From Leucoraja ocellata (Eukaryota): DNA of 64,000 bases. How positions within the stretch are numbered: the stretch's first letter is position 1; each line of letters starts with the position of its first letter. Of this stretch, positions 50,727-63,109 are shown in pieces. The stretch covers positions 8,060,001 through 8,124,000 of the forward strand of contig JAWMAR010000076.1 of NCBI GenBank assembly GCA_036785375.1, read 5' to 3'. Position numbers and translations under genes: made by a program. Below the pieces are notes generated by a model that ran no database searches, was not told the origin of the DNA, and worked only from the letters and a program-made list of their open reading frames with translations.

Positions 50727-53056
50727 GTTAGTTAGCAGTCTTGTTGTACGTGCCCCCTTGGGCAAGAGTGACCATAATATGGTTGAGTTCTTTATTAGGA
50801 TGGAGAGTGACATTGTTAATTCAGAAACAATGGTTCTGAACTTAAAGGTAACTTTGAGGGTATGAGACGTGAATTGGCCAAGATTGACTGGCAATTAATT
50901 CTAAAACGGTTGACAGTGGATATGCAATGGAAGACATTTAAAGACTGCATGGATGAACTACAAAAATTGTTCACTACCCAGTTTGGCAAAAGAATAAATC
51001 AGGGAAGGTAGTGCATCCGTGGATAACAAGGGAAATCAGGGATAGTATCAAAGCAAAGGATGATGCATACAAATTAGCCAGAAAAGGCAGCATACCAGAG
51101 GACTGGGAGAAATTCAGAGACCAACAGAGGAGGACAAAGGGCCTAATTAGGAAAGGAAAAATAGATTATGAAAGAAAACTGGCAGGGACCATAAAAACTG
51201 ACTGCAAAAGGTTTTATAGGTATGTGAAAAGAAAGAGATTAATTAAAACAAATGTAGGTCCCTTGCAGTCAGAAACAGGTGAGTTGATCATGGGGAACAA
51301 GGATATGATGGACCAATTGAATAACTACTTTGGTTCCGTCTTCACTAAGGAAGACATAAATAATCTGCCGGATATAGCAGGGGACCGGGGGTCAAAGGAG
51401 TTGGAGGAATTGAGTGAAATCCAGGTTAGTCGGGAAGTGGTGTTGGGTAAATTGAATGGATTAAAAGCCGATAAATCCCCAGGGCCAGATAGGCTGCATC
51501 CCTGAGTACTTAAGGAAGTAGCTCCAGAAATAGTGGATGCATTAGTAATAATCTTTCAAAACTCTTTAGATTCTGGAGTAGTTCCTGAGGATTGGCGGGT
51601 AGCAAACGTAACCCCACTTTTTAAGAACGGAGGGAGAGAGAAAACGGGGAATTACAGACCAGTTAGTCTAACATCGGTAGTGGGGAAACTGTTAGAGTCA
51701 GTTATTAAAGATGGGGTAGCAGTACATTTGGAAAGTGGTGAAATCATTGGACAAAGTCAGCATGGATTTATGAAAGGTAAATCATGTCTGTCGAATATTA
51801 TAGAATTTTTCGAGGATGTAACTAGTAGCGTGGATAGGGGAGAACCAGTGGATGTGGTGTATCTAGACTTCCAGAAGGCTTTCGACAAGGTCCCACATAA
51901 GAGATTAGTATACAAACTTAAAGCACACGGCATTGGGGGTTCAGTATTGATGTGGATAGAGAACTGGCTGGCAAACATGAAGCAAAGAATAAGAGTAAAC
52001 GGGTCCTTTTCACAATGGCGGGCAGTGACTAGTGGGGTACCGCAAGGCTCAGTGCTGGGACCCCAGCTATTTACAAAATATATTAATGATCTGGATGAGG
52101 GAATTGAAGACAATACCTCCAGGTTTGCAGATGACACTAAGCTGTGGGGCAGTGTTAGCTGTGAGGAGGATGCTAGGAGACTGCAAGGTGACTTGGATAG
52201 GCTGGGTGAGTGGGCAAATGTTTGGCAGATGCAGTATAATGCGGATAAATGTGAGGTTATCCATTTTGCTGGCAAAAACCGGAAAGCAGACTATTATCTA
52301 AATGGTGGCCGACTAGGAAAAGGGGAGATACAGCGAGACCTGGGTGTCATGGTGCACCAGTCATTGAAAGTAGGCATGCAGGTGCAGCAGGCAGTGAAGA
52401 AAGCGAATGGTATGTTAGCTTTCATAGCAAAAGGATTTGTGTATAGGAGCAGGGAGGTTCTACTGCAGTTGTACAGGGTCTTGGTGAGACCACACCTGGA
52501 GTATTGCGTACAGTTTTGGTCTCCAAATCTGAGGAAGGACATTATTGCCATAGAGGGAGTGCAGAGAAGGTTAACCTGACTGATTCCTGGGATGTCAGGA
52601 CTGTCTTATGAAGAAAGACTGGATAGACTTGGTTTATACTCTCTAGAATTTAGGAGATTTAGAAGGGATCTTATAGAAACTTACAAAATTCTTAAGTGGT
52701 TGGACAGGCTAGATGCAGGAAGATTGTTCCCGATGTTAGGGAAGTCCAGGACAAGGGGTCACAGCTTAAGGATAAGGGGGAAATCCTTTAAAACCAAGAT
52801 GAGAAAAACTTTTTTCACACAGAGAGTGGTGAATCTCTGGAACTCTCTGCCACAGAGGGTAGTTGAGGCTAGTTCATTGGCTATATTTAAGAGGGAGTTA
52901 GATGTGGCCCTTTTAGCTAAGGGGATCAGAGGGTATGGAGAGAAGGCAGGTACGGGATACTGAGTTAGATGATCAGCCATGATCATATTGAATGGCGGTG
53001 CAGGCTCGAAGAGCCGAATGGCCTACTCCTGCACCTATTTTCTACGTTTCTATGTT
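50727..53056 (+). mobile_element. 5'-truncated young CR1 copy (RT, premature stops)
   Basis: ORFs 51011-51505, 51533-52579, 52592-52963 collinear with 21050-23380. Confidence 0.97.
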
Positions 53057-53200
53057 TGTTCATCTTATATGTTTTTGATGCCATTCATTATAAACTGTGT
53101 TGGTATGGAGTGATTTTGCGTATTTTCTGGCTGATGGAGAAAATCGGCTTATGGATTCAGCATTCTCTTGTGTCATTTACATTCTGTTTTTCTATTGCAG

Positions 53201-53317
53201 TCGGCGGAACCGGAGATACTCTATGCTGATATTCAGTTTGCACGAAAGAATGCCAAAGCTCCAACCTTAGAAGTCAGCGAGGAGACAACCGAATATGCTG
53301 CCATCAAACGTACATAG
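53201..53317 (+). CDS. Exon 9 (terminal coding), SAEPEILYADIQFARKNAKAPTLEVSEETTEYAAIKRT*: ITIM + ITSM
   Basis: ttttctattgcag| acceptor phase 0; ILYADI (53216-53233) matches I/V/L/SxYxxI/L/V; TEYAAI (53288-53305) matches TxYxxI/V; TAG followed by TGA. Confidence 0.9.
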   Translation, partial: SAEPEILYADIQFARKNAKAPTLEVSEETTEYAAIKRT

Positions 53318-54149
53318 TGACTGATTAAAAGTCACCCCTCAGGGTTCTTCTGGTTGGTATCTGTCAACGCACAGAACTCCCAAAGGTCACAGATCTTCAT
53401 TCTGGTTCTTAGGCATATGCCTCAATATTTTCTTACCCTTAATCTCATATAAAATTATAGCCTACAGATTGGTCTACTCCTACCACATTTATTCTTTTAA
53501 TGTAGTTTCCCAGTCTACCTAACAACTCACAACTCATACATTCAGTTTCCTTTGTTAAAATTTAACTCTAATTTCAGATCGAAGCAAATAATTTCAATTT
53601 ATATCACTCACTCTTCTCAAAGCTTTATATGCAATTAACGTAAATATACTGCAAAGACGTACCGGTTTGGAAGTTAATTGACCAGTAAAATTATAAATTG
53701 TCCCTAGTGTGTGTAGTGTGTGGGGATCGCTGGTCGGCGCAGATTTGGGGGTGGGGGGGGGCAAAGGCCCTGTTTCCGTGCTGCATCTCTAAACTAAACT
53801 AAACTATTAACAAACCTTTTCTCATTGCACGTAACTAGTTGAAATTAACCTATCACTTTGTTGATTCTTCAGCATGCCGATATGGAATATCATATTTTAC
53901 ACATGCTGCAAATTAGAGCTAATTTTATTTCCCAGACCCGATGTGAATTAAAGTCCCAAGATATTACTGTGATGCGTTGCTTCATTACCCTCTCCACTTG
54001 ATTTCCCACTGATATCTGTGGTCAGATAAACTGACTACAAATTAATTAGTCATTTTCCTCTTAATATGCCTCATTTCACCCATTACCTGTTCGTTAGCTT
54101 ATCCTCTATTTATGCTCACAAATTACCTACAATACCGTGACCTTTAGGA

Positions 54150-54530
54150 CAAAAGGGATAGAAAAAGAATTAGGCCATTCGGTCCATCAATTCTACGCCA
54201 TTCAATCATTTCTGATCTATCTCTCCCTCCTAACCCCATAACCTCTGACACCTGTACTAATCAAGAATGAATCTTTACTCTGCCATAAAAATCTCCACTG
54301 ACTTGGCCATCACAGCCTTCTGTGGCAAAGAATTCCACAGATTCACCACCCTCTGTATAAAGAAATTTCTCCTCATCTCCTTTCGTAAACGAACGTCCTT
54401 TAATACTCAGGCTATGACCTCTCGTCCTAGACTCTCCCACTAGTGGAAACATCCTCTCCACATCCACTCCATTCAAGCCTTTCATTATTCTGTATGTTTC
54501 ATTCAGGTCCCCTCATTCGTCTAAACTCGG
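54150..54530 (-). mobile_element. CR1 3' fragment
   Basis: GESRTRGHSL in ORF 54261-54485. Confidence 0.8.
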
Positions 54531-55734
54531 TGTAATAAATTTACAGAAGCCATGCTCATCGAATGGCTTCTGAAAATCAAAATATATGGTCATCTTTCCA
54601 CATGGTGCTTCATATATCTTAAAGAATGTAAATATTTATTGCCAAGTACTATTTTCTAATAGTAATTCCATAAAAACATGTTTAAAAGTGTGCTTTAAAG
54701 TATTACACTAGCCTAAATTGTGCCGTTGCAACGTAGGAAAATGTATATTATTTTCCAAACTTTATGAAATATTACTGATTGAATGAAGGTGATCCCCATG
54801 TTATGGGAGGTTGTGTTTCCTGGATAACAGTCCATATCACGAATTTCCATACAGTCATCCACGCATCCATTAAGAAACCCGAGTTGAAAAAAAGGTGAAT
54901 TTTGTGTTGATTAGTTACTACGACAATAAGTCCATCAGGACAAATTTCAATCACTATTTCAAACTTTGGGTTGTAATTTGTGACGGTGAATTTCCATTAA
55001 CAGGACTATGTAACGCAGGAGTCACCGGCAGCAGGTTAAAATGGACAGCTTATACAGTGAGGTTTGAAAACATGGAACATATGCCCAGGTGGGCAGATGT
55101 CATATGTGGTGTTCTCTCTTTAATTATTCAATATTCAATCGACATATAGAAACGTTTATACGTGATTGCATTATTATTTGTGGGTCTTGGACTATCTTTA
55201 AATTGGTACAGGTTGAAAACCGATTTTCTGGTAATTGATGGTCTACCACAATCTGGACAAAATGATGGGAGCTCAGTTGAAATTCCATGAGTGGCCACAG
55301 ATGGCGTTGTAAAGTGAATGTGAATGTAATGGCCTGCCAACCCATCCATGGCTCCCACCGTCTCGCCAGCCGTTTAGAGCTTTGACTTTCAACCCCATTC
55401 CCGACCCATAATGAGTGACTATGCTTCAAGATACTTCATCTTCTGCAAAGTGCTTTACAACCTCACAAAAGATGTGAAGGAGCTGGATCAAAAAAATGTC
55501 ATAGGAGTGATGCAGTGTGGAAACAGGCCCTTCGGCCCAACTCGCCCATACCGGCCAACAATGTCCCAGCTACATTCAGACTGGGCATCACAAGAATGAG
55601 CACTACTGGCTTGGATGTGAGGGTCCAATGAGAGAACATTGTTGTGACGGTCAATCTGAACTATGCTGCATTGCACGAGACTTCCTCCGATCACCTCCTG
55701 CACATTGTAACCTAGCAGTTATAGACCTGTTAGT

Positions 55735-57570
55735 TTGACGTCAGTGGTGGGCAAATTAATGGAAAAGGATACTTAGAGATAATATATATAAGCATCTGGA
55801 TAAACAGTGTCTGATTAGGAACAGTCAACATGGATTTGTGCCTGGAAGGTCATGTCTGACTAATCTTCTTGAATTTTTTGAAGAGGTTGCTAAGGAAATT
55901 GATGAGGGTAAAGTGGTGGACGTTGTCTCTATGGACTTCAGTAAGGCCTTTGACAAGGTTCCACATGGAAGGTTGGTTAAGAAAGTTCAATTGTTGGGTA
56001 TTAATGGTGGAGTAGCAAGATGGATTCAACAGTAGCTGAATGGGAGATGCCAGAGAGTAATGGTGGATGGCTGTTTGTCAGGTTGGAGGCCAGGGGCTAG
56101 TGGGGTGCCTCAGGGATCTGTGTTGGGTCCACTGTTGTTTGTCATATACATCAATGATCTGGATGATGGTGTGGTAAATTGGATTAGTACGTATGCAGAT
56201 GATACTAAGATAGGTAGTGTTGTGGATAATGAGGTAGATTTTCAAAGTCTGCAGAGAGATTTAGGCCATTTGGAAGAGTGGGCTGAAAGATGGTAGATGG
56301 AGTTTAATGCTGATAAGTGTGAGGTGCTACATCTTGACAGGACAAATCAAAATAGGATGTACATGGTAAATGGTAGTGAATTGAGGAATGCAGTTGAACA
56401 GAGGGATCTAGGAATAACTGTGCATAGTTCCCTGAAGGTGTAATATCATGTAGATAGGGTGGTAAAGAAAGCTTTTGGTGTGCTGGCCTTTATAAATCAG
56501 AGCATTGAGTATAGAAGTTGGGATGTAATGTTAAAATTGTACAAGGCTTTGGTGAGGCCAATTCTGGAGTATGGTGTGCAGTTTTGGTCGCCAAATTATA
56601 GGAAGGATGTCAACAAAATAGAGAGAATATAGAGGAGATTTACTAGAATGTTGCCTGGGTTTCAACAACTAAGTTACAGAGAAAGGTTGAACAAGTTAGG
56701 TCTTTATTCTTTGGAGCGCAGAAGGTTAAGGGGGAACTTGATAGAGGTCTTTCAAATGATGAGAGGGATAGACAGAGTTGACGTGGATAACGTGGATGAC
56801 GTGGAAAGACATACTTGCCATAGAGGGAGTACAGAGAAGGTTCACCAGACTGATTCCTGGGATGTCAGGACTTTCATATGAAGAAAGACTGGATAGACTT
56901 GGTTTGTACTTGCTAGAATTTAGAAGATTGAGGGGGGATCTTATAGAAACTTACAAAATTCTTAAAGGGTTGGACAGGCTACATGCAGGAAGATTATTCC
57001 TGATGTTGAGGAAGTCCAGAACAAGGGGTCACAGTTTAAGGATAAGGGGGAAATCATTTAGGACCGAGATGAGAAAAACATTTTTCACACAGAGAGTGGT
57101 GAATCTGTGGAATTCTCTGCCACAGAAGGTAGTTGAGGACAGTTCATTGGCTATATTTAAGAGGGAGTTAGATGTGGCCCTTGTGGCTAAAGGGATCAGG
57201 GGGTGTGGAGAGAAGGCAGGTACAGGATACTGAGTTGGATGATCAGCCATGATCATATTGAATGGCGGTGCAGGCTCGAAGGGCCGAATGGCCTACTCCT
57301 GCACCTATTTTCTATGTTTCGATAAGCTTTTTCCATTGAGAGTAGGGAAGATTCAAGCAAGAGGACATGATTTGAGAATTAAGGGACAGAGCTTCCAGTG
57401 GAAGTGGTGGAGGCAGGTCCGATTTTATCATTTAAAAATAAATTGGATAGGTATATGGACGGGAAAAGAATGTAGTGCAGGTAGATGGGACTAAGTGAGA
57501 GTAAGTGTTCGGCACGGACTAGAAGGGCCGAGATGCCTGTTTCCGTGCTGTAATTGTTATATGGTTATTG
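55735..57570 (+). mobile_element. CR1 (second subfamily) with a nested young CR1 3' end at about 56803-57319
   Basis: RT ORFs 55838-56296; host resumes at gataagcttttccattgagagtaggg after the (TTCTATGT) tail. Confidence 0.9.
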
Positions 57571-60088
57571 TGTGGTGTGTATTATGCTTGTAAGTGACTA
57601 GTTTTTACCCAGTGTGCATTATGTACAAAAAAAAGCAGAGTATTGATTTTTACAACATAGGCCTGTAAATATTAACAGACTGTCAACATATCTTAGCTTA
57701 ATAAAATAATAAAATTCTGAGTGCAAATTTTTTTTCATTAATTACTGAGATTTGGTGTTGATAGAAAGCCAGATTGGTTACCTGGTGTGTTTATACAGTA
57801 AATGGCAGGACTTTTAGCAGCATGGAGTTAATCCTGGCTAAAATGGACCAGTCAGGACTTCAAAATGGGGTTAAGTGTCAGGGCTTGCTGGGAGATTTGG
57901 TCAAATTGTGATAGCTCTCTGCAGAGCTGAGACAAGCTGCGAGAGGTGCCAGTCTGGAACTTAGATAAAATTCATATGCAAAGGATAGGAAGTCTTGCAA
58001 GCCTTGTCAATCTGATACCAAATGCACAGAATGGATTGGGTGGTTGCAAACTAGATATACATTTTGTAAATAGCTTGTAAATAATGTTGCAGAATCTGAC
58101 TGCTGGATCTTTAGGTAGATAAAACTGCTGGAGAAACTCAGCGGGTGCAGCAGCATCTATGGAGCGAAGGAAATAGGCAATGTTTCGGGCCAAAACCCTT
58201 ATTGGATGGGATGTTAAGCATTATCTGAGAGCCCCCGTGTGGTTCGGCCCTCAGGTTCGCGCGGCATATGAAAGGCTGTAATCACGAGGCTCAAGGTCAA
58301 TCTTCTGGAGTGTCGCTGTCTGAGCGAGGCCTAAGGGCTTGAACAGATAGACAGAGGGATCTGTTCCATTCTGTTTGTAGTTTGTTTGTTTGGTTGTTTT
58401 TTGCACAAAGTCCACGAGCATTGCCACTTTTCATTTCACTGCACATCTCGTATGTGTATGTGACGAATAAACTTGACGAACCCACGGTGGGGGTTAGGTA
58501 CAGTGTGTAATCTGACTCGTGCTTTTCGTAAAATAAAATGTTGTTAATTCAAGTGCTTGATTCAGTGTTTTCACTGAAACTAGACTGGGGGGAAGCTCAG
58601 AAACCAGCAATTATCAGATGTACAGAAAGATCTTGGGGAACAAGTCCATTGCTCCCTAAAATTGGCAACATAAATAGGGTGGTAAAAGAGGTGTACTTTT
58701 ATACTTGCCTTCATTAATTAGAGCTTTTTGTATTGACGTTGGCAAGTCATGCTGGGGCAGTATAATGCTTTGGTTATGCTGCATTTGGAGTACTGTGTGT
58801 AGTTCTGGTCCTGATGCTGCATGGAGCTGCCAATTTATCATCAGAGTTGACAACTATCTTTTCAACAACATTACAGGCTAGGTTCCGTTTATAGAAACCA
58901 GGCCATATCGCAGTTTCTCATAACACAAAGGTGCATGCATCAAGACACTTAAGGTGAAAAATATTAGTTGTGCTGATTTATTTACTCGCTTCCCCCACAT
59001 AAATTCTGTGAGAACAACGCATATTCCATATCTTCAATCTTTTGGTACTGATTTGTGAATTCTGTCAGGTTGCATTTCCATAATCCAACAGAGGTGGCGA
59101 TGTTGAAAGCAGATACAAGCAGACACAATTTATTGGTGGGTATTTGAATATGCAGGAAATGGAATTTATTCCCATAATTTTATTAAACTACTATCAGGTC
59201 CCTCAACCTTCAATACTCCATGGAAAATTCAAGTTCAAATTCACCACGATGTTGTCTGGATCAGAGGGTTCTAGCTATAAGCAAAGTATGGACAAACTTG
59301 GATTGTTTACTCTGGAGCATCGAACTGATAAAGAGGAGAACTGATAAAAGGTTATAAAATTATGGACGGCATAGCTAGGGTGCACACAGAGTCTTTTCCC
59401 AGGGTCTAAATGATAAATACCTGAGGGCATACCCACCTGGAAGCCTTGTAATTGCAACTATTGTATCTGCTTTGGCAAGATGGTAAAATTTAAAATAGAT
59501 TTATGGGAAAAGTGTTTTTGTTTGCATGGGGTGTGGTGGGAACCTGCTGCTAGGAGTGAAGGTAGAAGATATGATAGGAATGTATAATAGGCATTTAGAC
59601 AGAAATGTGAGCATGCATGGAATGCAAGGACACAGACCATGTGCAGTTAGATAGGATTGGTTAATCTGTTTCCAAGATTTCATGAGCACAGGCTTAAAAA
59701 TGTAAATTACACAGAGCGGTACATTCTAGAAATCTTTAACAATAGGCAGATCAAATTTACGAAGATGTTGCTCTGCCGAGTTGATTTGCTTTAGAATGGC
59801 ATCTTACTGGTCTAATCACTACAGTTTAATGAATTGCTTTGCTGGTACTTTGCAGTAATAACCATGGCACCTATTAGATTTGGTGACCATCCAAATGGTA
59901 ATATGCTTGAATGACCATTTGATTCTAGTGAATTAAAATTGCCAGACGGCTGCGAAGGCCAAGTCATCAATGGATATTTTTAAAGCAGATTCTTGATTAG
60001 TGCAGGTGTCAGGAGTTAGGGTGAGAAAGCAGATTAGGGTTGAGGGGAAAAGATAGGTCAGCCATGATTGTATGGTGAAGTTATGGTG

Positions 60089-61246
60089 AAGAGATTAGTA
60101 TACAAACTTAAAGCACACGGTTTTGGGGGTTCAGTATTGATGTGGATAGAGAACTGGCTGGCAGACAGGAAGCAAAGAGTAGGAGTAAACGGGTCCTTTT
60201 CACAATGGCAGGCAGTGACTAGTGGGGTACCGCAAGGCTCAGTGCTGGGACCCCAGCTATTTACAATATATATTAATGATCTGAACGAGGGAATTGAAGG
60301 CAACATCTCCAAGTTTGCGGATGACACTAAGCTAGGGGGCAGTGTTAGCTGTGAGGAGGATGCTAGGAGACTGCAAAATGACTTGGATAGGCTGAGTGAG
60401 TGGGCAAATGTTTGGCAGATGCAGTATAATGTGGATAAATGTGAGGTTATCCACTTTGGTGGCAAAAACAGGAAAGCAGACTTTTATCTAAATGGTGGCC
60501 GATTAGGAAAAGGGGAGATGCAACGAGACCTTGGTGTCATGGTACACCAGTCATTGAAGGTAGGCATGCAGGTGCAGCAGGCAGTGAAGAAAGAGAATGG
60601 TATGTTAGCTTTCATAGCAAAAGGATTTGAGTATAGGAGCAGGGAGGTTCTACTGCAGTTGTACGGGGTCTTGGTGAGACCACACCTGGAGTATTGCGTA
60701 CAGTTTTGGTCTCCAAATCTGAGGAAAGACATTATTGCCATAGAGGGAGTGCAGAGACGGTTCACCAGACTGATTCCTGGGATGTCAGGACTGTCTTATG
60801 AAGAAAGACTGGATAAACTTGGTTTATACTCGCTAAAATTTAGGAGATTGAGTGGGAATCTTATAGAAACTAATAAAATTCTTAAGGGGTTGGACAGGCT
60901 AGATGCAGGAAGATTGTTCCGGATGTTGGGGAAGTCCAGGACAAGGGGTCCCAGCTTATGGATAAGGGGGAAATCCTTTAAGAACGAGATGAGAAGAACA
61001 TTTTTCACACAGAGTGGTGAATCCCTGGAACTCTCTGCCACAGAGGGTAGTTGAGGCCAGTTCATTGGCTATATTTAAGAGGGAGTTAGATGTGGCCCTT
61101 GTGGCTAAGGGGATCAGGGGGTACGGAGAGAAGGCAGGTACGGGATACTGAGTTGGATGATCAGCCATGATCATATTGAATGGCGGTGCAGGCTCGAAGG
61201 GCCGAATGGCCTACTCCTGCACCTATTTTCTATGTTTCTATGTTTA
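60089..61246 (+). mobile_element. 5'-truncated young CR1 copy
   Basis: ORF 60068-61054 near-identical to the other young copies. Confidence 0.97.
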
Positions 61247-61914
61247 CTTGATGGGCTGAATTCTGCCCCTATCACTTATGAACATGTGTTTGGAATCAGA
61301 TGTAGAATGATTTAATCAGTGTAATAAGGATTGAGGTGGCTTCTCTCTTTGAGCTTGCATGTGGAAACACCCCCACCTGCTGGTTCCTATCTAAACCGCA
61401 CACCATCCAGACATGGTAACACACCAGGGGTCCTTCGATCACTGGGTCCAAATCCTGCAACTCCCATCCCAACAGCACTGTGGGAGCGCCTTTACTGCAA
61501 GAACTGCAGCGAGGGAAGGAGGCAGCACACCCCTTCCTTCTCGTGGGCAATTAGGAATGGGCGATAAATCCTGAAAAACGAATACAAATATGAATTTAAA
61601 TACTCAATTTTTATTTTTCGATTTTTTATTTAAAATTATAAAGTTTCATGAAATGTACAAATAAGGCTGTCAGTCATCCCATGTTACAATTGCTAGGCAA
61701 AAGGTTTAAAACTGGGACCCTTGCATTCAGCCCAATAGTATATATGAACCCACCTCTGCTCCCCATTGCCCTTGTCAGAACAGTGCCATAGATCAGTGTG
61801 CAGAACACACCCATTATTCCATGGCACAATTATTCCAAATTTGGAAACAATTCATTGTATGGATCACTTAGAAATGATCAAATGGTTAGCACTGCTCCAG
61901 ACCCAGCAAAAAAG

Positions 61915-62210
61915 GGGCGACATGGTACCGCAGTAGAGTTGCTGCCTTACAGCGCCAGAGACCCGGGTTCGATCCTGACTACGGGTGCTGTCTGTAAGGA
62001 TTTTGTACTTTCTCCCTTTGGCCGTGTGGGATTTCCCTCGGGTGCTCCGGTTTCCTTCCATACCCCAAAGATGTACAGGTTTGTGGGTTAATTAACTTTG
62101 GTTGTAAATTGGTCCTAATGCGTAGGATAGTGCTAGTGTACAGGGTGATCACTGGTCGGCGCGGACTTGGTGGGCTGAAGGGCCTGTTTCCGCTCTGTAT
62201 CTCTAAACTC
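61915..62210 (+). mobile_element. tRNA-derived SINE (other copies at about 12480-12700, 26290-26535 minus, 53655-53805)
   Basis: B-box GGTTCGATCC, shared body, CR1-like 3' end gggcctgtttccgctctgtatctctaaact. Confidence 0.75.
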
Positions 62211-63071
62211 GAAGAAACACAAGTTGGTCTCAGTGTTGGAACCAAATTTCACAACACCATGGAGCATATGCAGCAGAGTAGCTCTAGAAACAGCGAGAGG
62301 GTAAAGTGGTGTAATCCCTCTAGCCCTAAACCTTATTATCACTATTAACAGGATGGAGCCTGTTTAATACACGGTGAGTTCTGAATTCCACTTCCCAGTA
62401 CCCCATACTGCTGATCCTGCAACCCTTTACAGCACAGACTCCCAGTGTTGGGCATGCACACATAGCTCTGTTGGTGCATCTTAATGGTCTGGAGTTCACA
62501 CCAGAACCCCCACAACTGTGGAGAGGATGTTTCCACTAGTGGGAGAGTCCAGGACCTGAGACCATGGCCTCATAATAAAAGGTCGTACCTTTAGAAAGGA
62601 GACAATGAGGAATTTCTTCAGTGAATCTGTGGAATTCATTGCCACAGACAGCTGTGAAGACCAAGTCAATGGTAATTTTTAAGGTGGAGATTGACATTCT
62701 TGATTAGTAAGGGTGCCCAGGGCTATGGGCAGAAGGCAGGAGCATGGGGTTACGAAGGAAAGATAGATTGAATGGCAGAATAGATGATGGGCCAAATGGT
62801 CTAGTTCCTATAGCTTATGGATGTCCATAAGCACCGGAGACAAGAGAGGAAATCAGAGTTTCCCAGTTAACATCACAAGTGCATACTTAGTCACTAATGC
62901 TCACACCCAATCCTTTTGTATTCATTTTATATAAAATAAGCAAGTCAATGTCATTGCTGTTTATTCAAAGGCTCTATCAGAATGGTCACTGATTATAATT
63001 CACTTGAGACAATAATTAAGTTTTATCTTCCTGTACACACCCGTGGCTCTGAGCTGAAGTCAGACCACTGA

Positions 63072-63109
63072 TCAGCTCTGATCTCTCACTTCATTATATT
63101 CGTGTTGCC
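63072..63109 (-). CDS. Possible terminal exon of a convergent neighbouring gene (..QHEYNEVRDQS*)
   Basis: Minus-strand pyrimidine tract ctttctccctcctcagtcttcctgtcttgtcttctgacag|, short frame with a Tyr motif, AATAAA on minus at 62960-62965. Confidence 0.35.

Noticed and set aside
53324-54540. Poly(A) signal of the receptor gene (ATTAAA 53324, ATTAAA 53947, AATAAA 54534)
   Set aside because: Several candidates and none can be chosen without 3'-end data.
58212-58610. Possible solo LTR (TG..CA, AATAAA, short inverted ends)
   Set aside because: No clear TSD or second copy in the window; boundaries cannot be supported.
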